Source of the DNA: Armatimonadota bacterium
GTDB lineage: Bacteria; Armatimonadota; UBA5829; DSUL01
Length of the DNA stretch: 64,000 bases
Assembly (NCBI GenBank): GCA_039811685.1
Contig: JBDHZC010000009.1
Coordinates: 72,153-136,152, forward strand
Direction of reading: 5' to 3'
Shown: in pieces, positions 28,304 through 37,079 of the stretch
Layout: the number at the start of each line of letters is the position of its first letter
How positions within the stretch are numbered: the stretch's first letter is position 1
Made by a program: the position numbers and the translations under genes
The notes under the pieces: model-generated
The model's database searches: none
Seen by the model: the letters and a program-made list of their open reading frames with translations, nothing else
Told to the model about the DNA's origin: nothing

Positions 28304-28534
28304 GTGGATAGTAGAGATATTATGTCGCGCCTGGCGGTTATTGAGGCGCGGCTGCAGGATGCGCTTGGGCATCTAGTGGAGATCCGCCGGCATGTGCCAG
28401 GCACGCTGATTTCGCATACCGAACGGATAGCCTCTGTTGAGCGCGCGCAGAGAAGTCTGGTCTGGGGACTGGCGGCTGCGTTTGGTGGGTTCTTGAGCGC
28501 TTTTGTCGCTCACATCTTTGGAGGATTGCCATGA
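28304..28534 (+). CDS. Putative holin (XhlA-like coiled coil plus C-terminal TM)
   Basis: 'RLAVIEARL...ERIASVE...W' then one TM helix; AAGGAGG SD; directly before the endolysin. Confidence 0.6.
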   Translation: MDSRDIMSRLAVIEARLQDALGHLVEIRRHVPGTLISHTERIASVERAQRSLVWGLAAAFGGFLSAFVAHIFGGLP

Positions 28535-28989
28535 TAAGCGCGCAGAGCGCCGGCGCCCAGCTCGCCGAAGTTTGTGCCCATCTGGCGCACTGGCGCAAGG
28601 GCGCGGCCAACCCGGAAGGACGTTGTCTGGAAGCGGTGCGCTGGGCCCTGGCGCAGGAAGCCTTGAGTCTCCCTGGCCCCTTTGTGCGCCCGAACAACAC
28701 GGCATTGGGGTGCTTTGATGCCCTGGAGAAAGCGCCGGAGCGGTGGAGCTGGCAGAGATGGACCCACGCGCAGCATCCCGGACAGAGCCTGCCGCTATGC
28801 CTGGTGTTTTTCAAGGACTGCGGGTATCTGTCCGACGGTCGCGTTGCCGGGCACGTGGCGGTGTACGACCCGGCCCGCCGCCGCCATGAGGCGAATCAGG
28901 TATATCCGATGACGCTGTGGTGGGCGCAGCGGTTGATCGGGGCGTTTGTGCCGCTCAGAAGGCCGGGTATTGGAGGCGCCGGCGGTTGA
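28531..28989 (+). CDS. Putative endolysin, CHAP/NlpC-P60-like Cys-His amidase
   Basis: 'GRCLEAVRWAL', 'P..LVFF', 'AGHVAVY'. Confidence 0.65.
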   Translation: MISAQSAGAQLAEVCAHLAHWRKGAANPEGRCLEAVRWALAQEALSLPGPFVRPNNTALGCFDALEKAPERWSWQRWTHAQHPGQSLPLCLVFFKDCGYLSDGRVAGHVAVYDPARRRHEANQVYPMTLWWAQRLIGAFVPLRRPGIGGAGG

Positions 28990-29156
28990 AACCGACTCTG
29001 CGGGACGGGGAGGCGCCGGCGGTTGAAACCGCGCCTGTGGGACGGGGAGGCGCCGGCGGTTGAAACCGCGCCTGTGGAACGAAGTCTCCCTTCGGAGACT
29101 TTTGGTTGTGAGCCTGCGAAGGCAGGCTTTGTCTGGTTAGAGGCGACTTCAGTCGC
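28972..29156. repeat. REP cluster C (three 37-bp-spaced units plus an inverted variant, BIME-like)
   Basis: GGAGGCGCCGGCGGTTGAAACCG x3, then AGTCTCCCTTCGGAGACT, then opposite-orientation AGCCTGCGAAGGCAGGCT...GCGACTTCAGTCGC. Confidence 0.88.
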
Positions 29157-29523
29157 TCAGCTCTCTTGACCGGAGAGAATCGACTATCTCCTGTGTCTGG
29201 TACACGACTCGGGACTCGGTCCAGGAGGGATTCTGGACGTGGAGCAGCTCATGCACAATGTCCTCCAGCGTCAGAATTCGCGTGTGATAGATGGTCGCGA
29301 TATGTGTGTCATAGACCACTCCGACCAGTGACCAGCCCGGGCGGCCGTCTTCGCCCGTCACCTGAAACCGGCTGATGCGCTCCAGAATGATGCGCTGGGG
29401 TATGCGCAGGCGTTGACGCCAGAAATGCGCCGCATCTCTGGCCTGGTCGTCAGTCAGAGGCTGAAGAGGCGCTCGATGGGATATCTGTGTGTGAACGTGC
29501 TGCAAAGACTCCGGCTCCGACAT
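29149..29523 (-). CDS. Small HExxH-motif (zincin-like) hypothetical protein
   Basis: IVHELLHV motif; start uncertain. Confidence 0.55.
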   Translation of the reverse strand: MSEPESLQHVHTQISHRAPLQPLTDDQARDAAHFWRQRLRIPQRIILERISRFQVTGEDGRPGWSLVGVVYDTHIATIYHTRILTLEDIVHELLHVQNPSWTESRVVYQTQEIVDSLRSRELSD

Positions 29524-29876
29524 CCTGCGATGTGAGTGATCCGCCGCCGGTCTCATCCTGTGCGGCCTTTGCGGACAAGACTTTCACTTGCGACATGTCT
29601 AATCATCGGCACAGTTCTGACAGGTCTCCAGTCCTGCTATTCAACGTAGAGGAGGCTGGCGCGGGCGGTCAGGCGGTGGAGGGCTTCGGACCAGCGCGCC
29701 CGCAGAGACTCTCTCACAAAAGGCCCTGCTCAGGCGCCTGCGGCTTCAGAAAATGGCGAATTCTGGGCTCTCAGTAGAACAAACCGGGCGGTGTCACGCG
29801 TCTTTATATGTGCGCGTGTAGAGGGATTGCGGGCGCGCCTTTGTTGTCCGGCATCGGAGTAAATGAACCAGAGCCT

Positions 29877-31004
29877 ATGAAAGCGTCATCTAACGCACAG
29901 CAACAGGAAGGGTCAACTGCGCAGGCGTCCGAGCCGAGACTGCGGGAGGCGATCGCAAGCATTCCGGAGCTTCTGCGCCCCGCCAGACCATCCATCCCCA
30001 AAGGACTGGGGTATTTCGCGCTGGACTTGGCGCTGTATCTGGTGTCGCTGTGGGGAATGATCTTAGGCGGAGTCTGGCTCTATCTCCCGTCGCTTGTCCT
30101 CAATGTGTTCTCTATCGGCGGGTTATTCATCGTCGCTCACGACTGTTGTCACGGCTCACTTTTCGGCAACAAATCCGCCGTGCGGCGTATGCTTAGCTAT
30201 ATCGTAGGGCAGAGCGCCATGCTCACAGGAGCTCACATGTATCAGGTGTGGGAGTACGGCCACAACCGCGTACACCATGGCCACACCACCAAGCAGTCTT
30301 TCGACTTCGTCTGGCATCCCGTGACGCCTCAGCAGTACCAGCAGCTTGGACGCCTGGGGAGATGGTGGCACAGGCTCTGCTGGAGTCCTTTCGGGCATGG
30401 ACTGTACTATCTGGTGCATATCTGGATCGGGAAGATGTGGGCGTTCAGGGGTCTGCGGGACGGTGCGCTCAAATGGCGCATGACGCGCGATAAGCTCATC
30501 GTTGCCGCTTACCTTAGCGTGGTGGCTGTGCTGTTTTTCCGCTATCTTGGCTTCTGGGCCTGGGCGCGCGCGGTGCTTGTCCCATTTCTTATCTGGAATC
30601 ACTACATCGGCTTTGTGGTGTACGTGCAGCACATTCACGAGATGGTGATCTGGCGCGTGCGCAGGTCGTGGACTCCCTTTAAGGGTCAGGTAGAGGGAAC
30701 TGTGAGCTTTCGTTTTCCCTCTGTCCTCAACTTTTTCTCGCACAACATCTTCGTCCACACTCCCCACCATGTGGACATGCGTATTCCTTTCTACTACCTG
30801 CCCAAGGCCATGGCGGCGCTGCGCGATCAGTACTCAGGATACGTCATTGAGCACCCATTCAGACTCAGGGAGTATCTGCGCACGGTGAGACAGTGCAAGC
30901 TGTTTGATTTCGAGCTGGGATGCTGGTTTGAGAGTCTGAAGACACATCAGATGGCGCTTGCCCATACCCGCCCCGATGCTGCGCTGCAACTTGGTGACCT
31001 CTGA
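29877..31004 (+). CDS. Membrane fatty acid desaturase (delta12-like)
   Basis: His boxes HDCCH, HNRVHH, HTPHH; IPFYYLP; TM segments. Confidence 0.9.
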   Translation: MKASSNAQQQEGSTAQASEPRLREAIASIPELLRPARPSIPKGLGYFALDLALYLVSLWGMILGGVWLYLPSLVLNVFSIGGLFIVAHDCCHGSLFGNKSAVRRMLSYIVGQSAMLTGAHMYQVWEYGHNRVHHGHTTKQSFDFVWHPVTPQQYQQLGRLGRWWHRLCWSPFGHGLYYLVHIWIGKMWAFRGLRDGALKWRMTRDKLIVAAYLSVVAVLFFRYLGFWAWARAVLVPFLIWNHYIGFVVYVQHIHEMVIWRVRRSWTPFKGQVEGTVSFRFPSVLNFFSHNIFVHTPHHVDMRIPFYYLPKAMAALRDQYSGYVIEHPFRLREYLRTVRQCKLFDFELGCWFESLKTHQMALAHTRPDAALQLGDL

Positions 31005-31016
31005 GGCGGACGGGTT

Positions 31017-31454
31017 TCACTTTATCTTTTCGTAGGTGACCAGAATCTCTCCCATGCGCTGAGGCACAGAGGTGAGCTTTCTGTTGTCGTCGCTGACGTT
31101 GAAGGCGATAGGCTCTCGATCAGCTTCGGGGGAGGGCTTCAGCAACAGGTTTTGTCCGGAGAGCTTCCATGTGCCTGAAAACTCCTTTTCGACAGTCATC
31201 ATGAACGTGTGGTTGGGGTAGAGGGTCAGCGAGCTGTTGCCGAGCCGCGCGTTCAGCTCCGCTACCTGCGGGTCTGGCTTAGTGGAGCGCAGGGGCCTGG
31301 TCTCGTTTTCCCCGGGCATTGGTCCAGGAATCAGAAAATAGGGTTGGCGCGCTGAGATGGGCTGATACTTCCATACGCCAATCAACTCCGGCGCGCGCGC
31401 TGAGCATCCCGCAACTGTCGCTACGGCGATCAGCGCTGCAACAAATCGCTTCAT
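31017..31454 (-). CDS. Lipoprotein, hypothetical
   Basis: MKRFVAALIAVATVAGC lipobox; AGGAGA SD; 'LIGVWK' and 'GTWK'. Confidence 0.75.
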   Translation of the reverse strand: MKRFVAALIAVATVAGCSARAPELIGVWKYQPISARQPYFLIPGPMPGENETRPLRSTKPDPQVAELNARLGNSSLTLYPNHTFMMTVEKEFSGTWKLSGQNLLLKPSPEADREPIAFNVSDDNRKLTSVPQRMGEILVTYEKIK

Positions 31455-31629
31455 TCTCCTATTATGCGCGGTGTCTCGTGTGCGCGGTGGCGGGACGAGC
31501 GGAGGTCTCCCAAATACCGAAGCGCCAGGCTGCGGCCGCCCGGGCGGGATCGGTCTGTCCAGAGCGCGGTACACAAAATCGGCTCCGGGGTCTCCGGAGC
31601 CGAGTGAAATCCTGCGTCTGCAGTGTGCT

Positions 31630-33015
31630 TCAGGCGGCGCTTGCCAGCGTCTGGCGGATCTGTTCACAGGCTTCCGTCAGTACCAGCGTCTCCTCATTCT
31701 CGCAGGCATGTGTCGAGGTGACCACCAGCGGTTCCCCCTGTTCGATGGCGACAAGCACGTCTGTGAAGTTGGAGGCCTCCTCCGGGTAGGTCACGAAAGT
31801 CAGCGTTCCGCGCAGAGTCAGAAGCTCCTGTGCGTGTTCCCCGTTGAGCTGCTCGACAATGTCGCGGATGCGCTCGCACACTCTGGCGCCGGCGCTACCC
31901 GTATGCGGCAGCACCAGCCCTATCTGATGATCGTTGTAGCGGGCGACGATGTCAGCCTTGCGCACCCGGGAGCGAATGATCTGACCAATACGGAACAGCC
32001 GCTCGTCCGTGGACATGGGCGTCCATCCACGGCCAGAGTCGCACATGTACTCCATTGTCAACACCATCGCGGCTACGGGATAGCCATGGCGGCTGGCGCG
32101 TGAGAGCTCTTCTTCCAGCCTTGCCAGAAAATAGGCTCGCGAATACAGCTCTGTCGCTGAGTCTGTCACCTCAGCCGCAGGAGTCACACCGCGCGCGCCC
32201 GCATGCTTGTGCATGGAGCGCATCTGGATCTGAACTTCGCGGATATCTTCCGTTGTGATGATCTTGCGCAGTTTCTTGGTGGAGTTGCGCAGAATGTGCG
32301 ACACGTAGTTGCACGAGATTCCCAGCTTTCGCGCAATCTCCGTCTGGTTCAGGTCTTTGAAGTAGTACTCGTGAATGACGTCCTGCTCGATGTTCTTCAG
32401 ACGCTCCACAGAGGTTTCCAGCACCATCCGATCTTCCAGGGGCAACTGAAAAGTCTCGTACTTCAGGCGTTTGGCGGACTCGGCGTCCGCCGCCAGCGAG
32501 CCAGTGGGGTCGTCCCGGTCGCCGTCCAGCGATGATACCTTGAACACCTCCCGCGTCGTCAGCATCTCTCGCACGTCATCTTCGCTGATTTTCATGACAG
32601 AGGCAATCTCAGCTTCCGCAGGCGCGCGGCCAAACTGCTGGGCGAGTGACTCTATGACGCGCGTCATCCGCTGGTTGAGCTCCTGTAGCCAGGCTGGCTC
32701 CTTGATGATCTTGCCCTTGTCTCTCAGATAGTGCTTAATCTGCCCGATGACAAAGTGCGTCGCGTACGTGGAGAACTTGACGCCTTTGCTGACGTCGAAG
32801 CCTTCCACTGCGGAAATCAGCCCGATGTAGCCCTCCTGAACAAGGTCCTCCACAGGCTCTCCCGCGCCTGCAAAGCGGCGGCCGACAGACTCCACCAGAT
32901 TAGTGTACTGCGTCACCAGCCGGTCCCGGGCGCGAGTATCCCGCTTTTCCCGATATCTGTTAAGTAACTTGAGTATCTGCTCTTCCGTGAGCCGTGATGC
33001 TTGCGTGTTTCTCAT
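31630..33015 (-). CDS. SigB/SigF-type RNA polymerase sigma factor fused to a degenerate GGDEF domain
   Basis: Region 2 EDLVQEGYIGL/FSTYA/G.IKHYLRDKG, region 3 SLD, region 4 LNQTEIARKLGISCNYVS; C-terminal 'D..T.LY.R.YF..RLEEELSRA.R' and RKADIVARYNDHQI. Confidence 0.88.
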   Translation of the reverse strand: MRNTQASRLTEEQILKLLNRYREKRDTRARDRLVTQYTNLVESVGRRFAGAGEPVEDLVQEGYIGLISAVEGFDVSKGVKFSTYATHFVIGQIKHYLRDKGKIIKEPAWLQELNQRMTRVIESLAQQFGRAPAEAEIASVMKISEDDVREMLTTREVFKVSSLDGDRDDPTGSLAADAESAKRLKYETFQLPLEDRMVLETSVERLKNIEQDVIHEYYFKDLNQTEIARKLGISCNYVSHILRNSTKKLRKIITTEDIREVQIQMRSMHKHAGARGVTPAAEVTDSATELYSRAYFLARLEEELSRASRHGYPVAAMVLTMEYMCDSGRGWTPMSTDERLFRIGQIIRSRVRKADIVARYNDHQIGLVLPHTGSAGARVCERIRDIVEQLNGEHAQELLTLRGTLTFVTYPEEASNFTDVLVAIEQGEPLVVTSTHACENEETLVLTEACEQIRQTLASAA

Positions 33016-34235
33016 TATTGGATGTTGTTCACAATCTTGAACATAGGCGCCATGATTGAGACAGCGATAAATCCAACTATCCCACCCATGATGACAATAA
33101 GAGCAGGTTCGATCATCGAGGTGAGTCCTTTCACCGCGTTGTCGACCTCGTCGTCAAAGAAGTCAGCCACTTTGACGAGCATTTCTGAAAGCCGGCCAGT
33201 TTCCTCACCGACGTCGATCATGTGAGTTACCATTGCCGGGAACACGCCGCTGGCGGCCAGTGGCGCACTCACTTTCTGACCCTCCCGGATGGAGTTTCGC
33301 GCCTGGTCCACGGCCCGGGCAATCACCATGTTGCCGGAGGTCTCCCCGACAATCTCAAGTGACCGCATCATTGGGACGCCGCTCGCGATGAGCGTGCCGA
33401 ATGTGCGCGAAAACCGTGACACCGCCATCTTCTGCACCAGTTCTCCGACAACGGGCATGCGCAGCTTCAACTGGTCGTAGTGGAAGCGCCCGGCAGGCTG
33501 TTTGAGCACCCATTTGATGCCAAACCATCCAGCCAGACCCAGGCCAATCGGAACATAGATGTAGTGTCTCAAAATATCGCTCATTGCGAAAAGCATGGCG
33601 GTTGCGGGCGGGAGCTCCGCGTTCATGGAAGAGAATATCTCCTTGAACGTGGGCAGGACGAAGATGAAGATACCGTTGACCATGCCCGCAGCAAATATGA
33701 GAACGATGATGGGGTACATCATAGCGCTCTTGATCTTGTTGCGGATCTCCTGTTCCTTCTCCAGGAATCCGGAGACGCGTTCGAGAATTGTGTCCAGAAT
33801 ACCGCCCGTCTCCGCAGCTTTGATCATATTCACGTAGAGCTTGTTGAAGACACCGGGATGTTTGCTGAACGCCTCGGTGAGGCTGACTCCGCCCTTGACA
33901 TCTTTCTTGCAGATGTCAATAACCTCAGCCAGTACCGGGTCTTTCGTCTGCTGCCCCAGAATCTCCAGACACTTGATAATCCCGATTCCAGCCTCGATCA
34001 TTGTGGCCAACTGCCGGGTAAAGACGACAAGCTGCTGCAGCTTGATCTTCTTGCCTTTAGTCGAGACACTTTTGGTTTTGGCGCCCGTAGTGGCGCTGCG
34101 CCGCTTCTTGATGTTGACGACGTGAAAGTGCTGCTGCTGGAGCTTACTGAGCACCAGGCTCTCGGACTCTGCTTCGATTCTTCCGCTGATCGTCTTTCCG
34201 GAGGGATCGACGACGCTGTACTGATAAACTGGCAT
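33015..34235 (-). CDS. pilC: Type IV pilus platform protein PilC
   Basis: FTRQLATMI.AG, AAETGG.LD, KIKSAMMYP, GEETG.L, IEP. Confidence 0.93.
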   Translation of the reverse strand: MPVYQYSVVDPSGKTISGRIEAESESLVLSKLQQQHFHVVNIKKRRSATTGAKTKSVSTKGKKIKLQQLVVFTRQLATMIEAGIGIIKCLEILGQQTKDPVLAEVIDICKKDVKGGVSLTEAFSKHPGVFNKLYVNMIKAAETGGILDTILERVSGFLEKEQEIRNKIKSAMMYPIIVLIFAAGMVNGIFIFVLPTFKEIFSSMNAELPPATAMLFAMSDILRHYIYVPIGLGLAGWFGIKWVLKQPAGRFHYDQLKLRMPVVGELVQKMAVSRFSRTFGTLIASGVPMMRSLEIVGETSGNMVIARAVDQARNSIREGQKVSAPLAASGVFPAMVTHMIDVGEETGRLSEMLVKVADFFDDEVDNAVKGLTSMIEPALIVIMGGIVGFIAVSIMAPMFKIVNNIQ

Positions 34236-35410
34236 TAGGACTCCTTCAGATAGCGGTCAAACGATTCAGGATCAATCGTGCGCGCTCTCGCTTCGTCGTA
34301 GGAGATGTATCCTCTGATGTGCAGGGTAGCCAGCGAGCGGTCCATCAGAATCATCCCTTGAGACTCGCTGGTTTCCATAGTGTTGGGAATGAGGTGTGTC
34401 TTGCCTTCGCGCACCAGGTTCTTGATAGCCCCGGTGGCGGTCATCACCTCGACCGCCGCGATACGGCCGCCGTTTTGCATGGGGACGAGTAGCTGAGAAA
34501 CGACACCAAGCAGATTGTTGGCAAGCTGCGCCTTCACCTGTCCCTGTTGGTGAGGCGGAAAGACGTCCACAATGCGGTCAATCGTCTGGGCGGCGCTGCG
34601 GGTGTGCAGTGTGCCAAACACCAGATGTCCGGTCTCCGCAAGCGTAAGAGCGGCGGAGATCGTCTCCAGGTCCCGCATCTCACCGACCAGGATGACGTCC
34701 GGGTCTTCCCGCAGTACGGCTCGCAGTGCATCGCTGAAGCTGGCGGTATCCGTGTGCATCTCACGCTGAGTCACCATCGCGACCTTGTCACGGTGGAGGT
34801 ACTCGATTGGATCCTCTATTGTCACAATGTGCACGGAGCGCTGCTGGTTGATAAAATCAATCATTGAAGCGATAGTGGTGGACTTGCCGGCGCCTGTTGG
34901 GCCTGTGACGATGACAAATCCGCTGTTGCGCCCGGCGAGTTCCCGGATAACCGGTGGCAGCCCGAGGCTCTCGAAGCTCGGCACTTCGTACGGTACAGCC
35001 CTCAGAGCGACACTGAGCGATCCGCGCTGACGGTAGACGTTGGCGCGGAAGCGTCCCAGATCTGTTGTCGAATAGGAGAAGTCCAGCTCGTGCTTGTGCT
35101 GGAGAATGGCGATCTGATCGTTGTTCAGAATACCGTAGATCAGCCGCTCCACCCCCTCGGGCGTCAACACGGGAAATCCGGTGCGCTGCAGGCTGCCGTC
35201 AATGCGGATCATCGGCGGAAGCGCCGCCCGCAGATGAATGTCCGAAGCGTTGTGAGCGAGCCCCTCCCGCAGGACGTCGTCGATGTGGGCGGTCGGGCTG
35301 TCCTGACTCTGCGCTTCATCGGCAGAGTCTGATGACTCAATGCTCAGCAGCTCCACCGGGCCCTGATCCTCCTCAGGCAGGCGCTCAAAGTTGAAGGCGA
35401 AATCGTTCAT
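34235..35410 (-). CDS. pilT: Type IV pilus retraction ATPase PilT, paralog 2
   Basis: GPTGAGKSTT, TIEDPIEY, LREDPDVILVGEMRD, TLHT, AIKNLVRE. Confidence 0.9.
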   Translation of the reverse strand: MNDFAFNFERLPEEDQGPVELLSIESSDSADEAQSQDSPTAHIDDVLREGLAHNASDIHLRAALPPMIRIDGSLQRTGFPVLTPEGVERLIYGILNNDQIAILQHKHELDFSYSTTDLGRFRANVYRQRGSLSVALRAVPYEVPSFESLGLPPVIRELAGRNSGFVIVTGPTGAGKSTTIASMIDFINQQRSVHIVTIEDPIEYLHRDKVAMVTQREMHTDTASFSDALRAVLREDPDVILVGEMRDLETISAALTLAETGHLVFGTLHTRSAAQTIDRIVDVFPPHQQGQVKAQLANNLLGVVSQLLVPMQNGGRIAAVEVMTATGAIKNLVREGKTHLIPNTMETSESQGMILMDRSLATLHIRGYISYDEARARTIDPESFDRYLKES

Positions 35411-35444
35411 AAATGAATCTCCAGGGCGCCGCATGCGCCGCCCG

Positions 35445-36881
35445 TTACTGATTTTTCAGGTAGCGGTCGAAGTTTTCAGCGTCCAGCGCGCGGACACGCG
35501 CCTCTTCCAGCGAGACAAGCCCCTGAAGATAAAGCTGTGCGAGCGATTTGTCCATCGCCACCATTCCCATTGCCTGCCCGGTTTCCAGAGCGGTGGGAAT
35601 CTGGAATGACTTGCCGTCCCGAATGAGATTGCGGATGCCTGACGTGGCGACCATGACTTCAATAGCTGCCGTGCGGCCGCCGCCGTTCATCGGCAGAAGC
35701 AACTGAGAGATGACTCCCTCCATCGTGTTGGCAAGCTGCACGCGGATCTGCTCTTGCTGATGGGGCGGAAAGACGTCAATGATTCGGTCAATGGTCTGGG
35801 AAGCGCTGCGTGTGTGCAGAGTGCCAAACACCAGATGTCCGGTTTCCGCCAGCGTCAACGCTGCGCTGATAGTCTCAAGGTCGCGCATCTCACCCACCAG
35901 AATGACGTCCGGGTCTTCCCGCAGCACGGCTCGCAGCGCGTTGTCGAAGGAGTCGGTGTCAGAGTTCAATTCGCGCTGATTCACCATGGCCTTCTTGTGC
36001 TTGTGAAGGTACTCGATGGGGTCTTCAATGGTCATGATGTGCACGGCGCGCGTCTGGTTGATGTAGTCGATCATGGACGCGATCGTGGTGGACTTACCTG
36101 AACCGGTGGGCCCGGTCACCAGTATCATTCCGCTGTGGCGCGTGGTCATCTCTTTGGCGACTGGTGGCATCCGGAGCTGTTCAAGAGTTGGGATTTCGCT
36201 CGGGACTGTCCGGAAAGCTGCGCCGACAGACCCGCGCTGACGGTAGATGTTCACACGGAAGCGCCCAAGCCCAGCCACGCCATGGGACATGTCCAGCTCC
36301 CGCATTTTCTCGAACCACTGAATCTGCTCGCCGGACAAAATATCATAGACCATGCGCTGGATGATCTCGGGCTCCAGCGGCGCGTAGTCCATCTGGACCA
36401 GCTTGCCGTCGACGCGAATGGTGGGTGACAATCCGGCGGTAAGGTGGATGTCCGAAGACCCGCGGCTGACGCCTTCCCGCAGAATCTCCTCCACATGCAC
36501 ATTGTCAGCGCTGCGCCGGGAAACAAAAGCCGGCTCCTCGTCCAACAGCGGCGCCATGTCAATGTCGTCGTCTTCAGAGAGTGGCTCGATTGGCATTTCC
36601 TGAAATTGTGTCACCTCAGATGGGGGCGATGCGCTCCACTGTGACAGGTCCATCTCGGTATTGACGCGCGACTCGCCCGCAACAGCCTGCGGTAAGGGTG
36701 ATTCCTCATCCAGAGCCGAAGAATCGGTTCCTTCTGAGGGAACTTGTTGGCCGGGTTCAAGGCTGTAGCCCCAGGATGCGTCTACCACGGCGGTGTCCTG
36801 GGCTTCTCCCGGCGCTGCTTGCGACGGGGTCTGCTCCTGGTCGTCCAGAGGATCCAGATTAAAGATGGATGCTGATTCCAT
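35445..36881 (-). CDS. pilT: Type IV pilus retraction ATPase PilT, paralog 1, long acidic N-terminus
   Basis: GPTGSGKSTT, EDPIEY, LREDPD, GIRNLIRD. Confidence 0.9.
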   Translation of the reverse strand: MESASIFNLDPLDDQEQTPSQAAPGEAQDTAVVDASWGYSLEPGQQVPSEGTDSSALDEESPLPQAVAGESRVNTEMDLSQWSASPPSEVTQFQEMPIEPLSEDDDIDMAPLLDEEPAFVSRRSADNVHVEEILREGVSRGSSDIHLTAGLSPTIRVDGKLVQMDYAPLEPEIIQRMVYDILSGEQIQWFEKMRELDMSHGVAGLGRFRVNIYRQRGSVGAAFRTVPSEIPTLEQLRMPPVAKEMTTRHSGMILVTGPTGSGKSTTIASMIDYINQTRAVHIMTIEDPIEYLHKHKKAMVNQRELNSDTDSFDNALRAVLREDPDVILVGEMRDLETISAALTLAETGHLVFGTLHTRSASQTIDRIIDVFPPHQQEQIRVQLANTMEGVISQLLLPMNGGGRTAAIEVMVATSGIRNLIRDGKSFQIPTALETGQAMGMVAMDKSLAQLYLQGLVSLEEARVRALDAENFDRYLKNQ

Positions 36882-37005
36882 TCAGTTCTCCCGCGGAGGC
36901 CGTGCGAAGGCTCTCCAGTGAAGGCCGCCCTCATCGGGACGTCCTGTTTCTTAAACGGCACGCAAAGACGCCGCATCCTGCGGCTGTTATTGACGGACAC
37001 CCTTA

Positions 37006-37033
37006 TTATCGGCAGTCCGATGGCTTTGGTTGA
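37006..37033 (-). promoter_or_regulatory. sigma28 (FliA/WhiG)-like promoter upstream of pilT
   Basis: Minus strand TCAA-N16-GCCGATAA. Confidence 0.55.
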
Positions 37034-37079
37034 ATCCCCCAAAACCCAAATTTTCACGCTCAACTCGGGCGGCGAGAAT

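Larger units (their letters stand above)
18961..28989 (+). mobile_element. Phage-derived head-packaging-lysis cluster without tail, integration or replication genes (GTA-like, satellite-like or cryptic prophage)
   Basis: Colinear TerS-TerL-portal-protease-decoration-capsid-head completion-holin-endolysin, flanked by host metabolic genes. Confidence 0.8.

Noticed and set aside
18961..28989. Complete transposable Mu-like prophage
   Set aside because: No MuA/MuB, repressor, tail or gin/mom genes, and no recognisable Mu ends in the window; only head and lysis modules.
18961..28989. Encapsulin or contractile injection system/tailocin
   Set aside because: Terminase and portal indicate DNA packaging; there are no sheath, tube or baseplate genes.
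28972..29100. Three 37-bp-period repeats as a CRISPR array
   Set aside because: The intervening sequences are short and nearly identical, there are no cas genes, and the unit belongs to the dispersed REP family.
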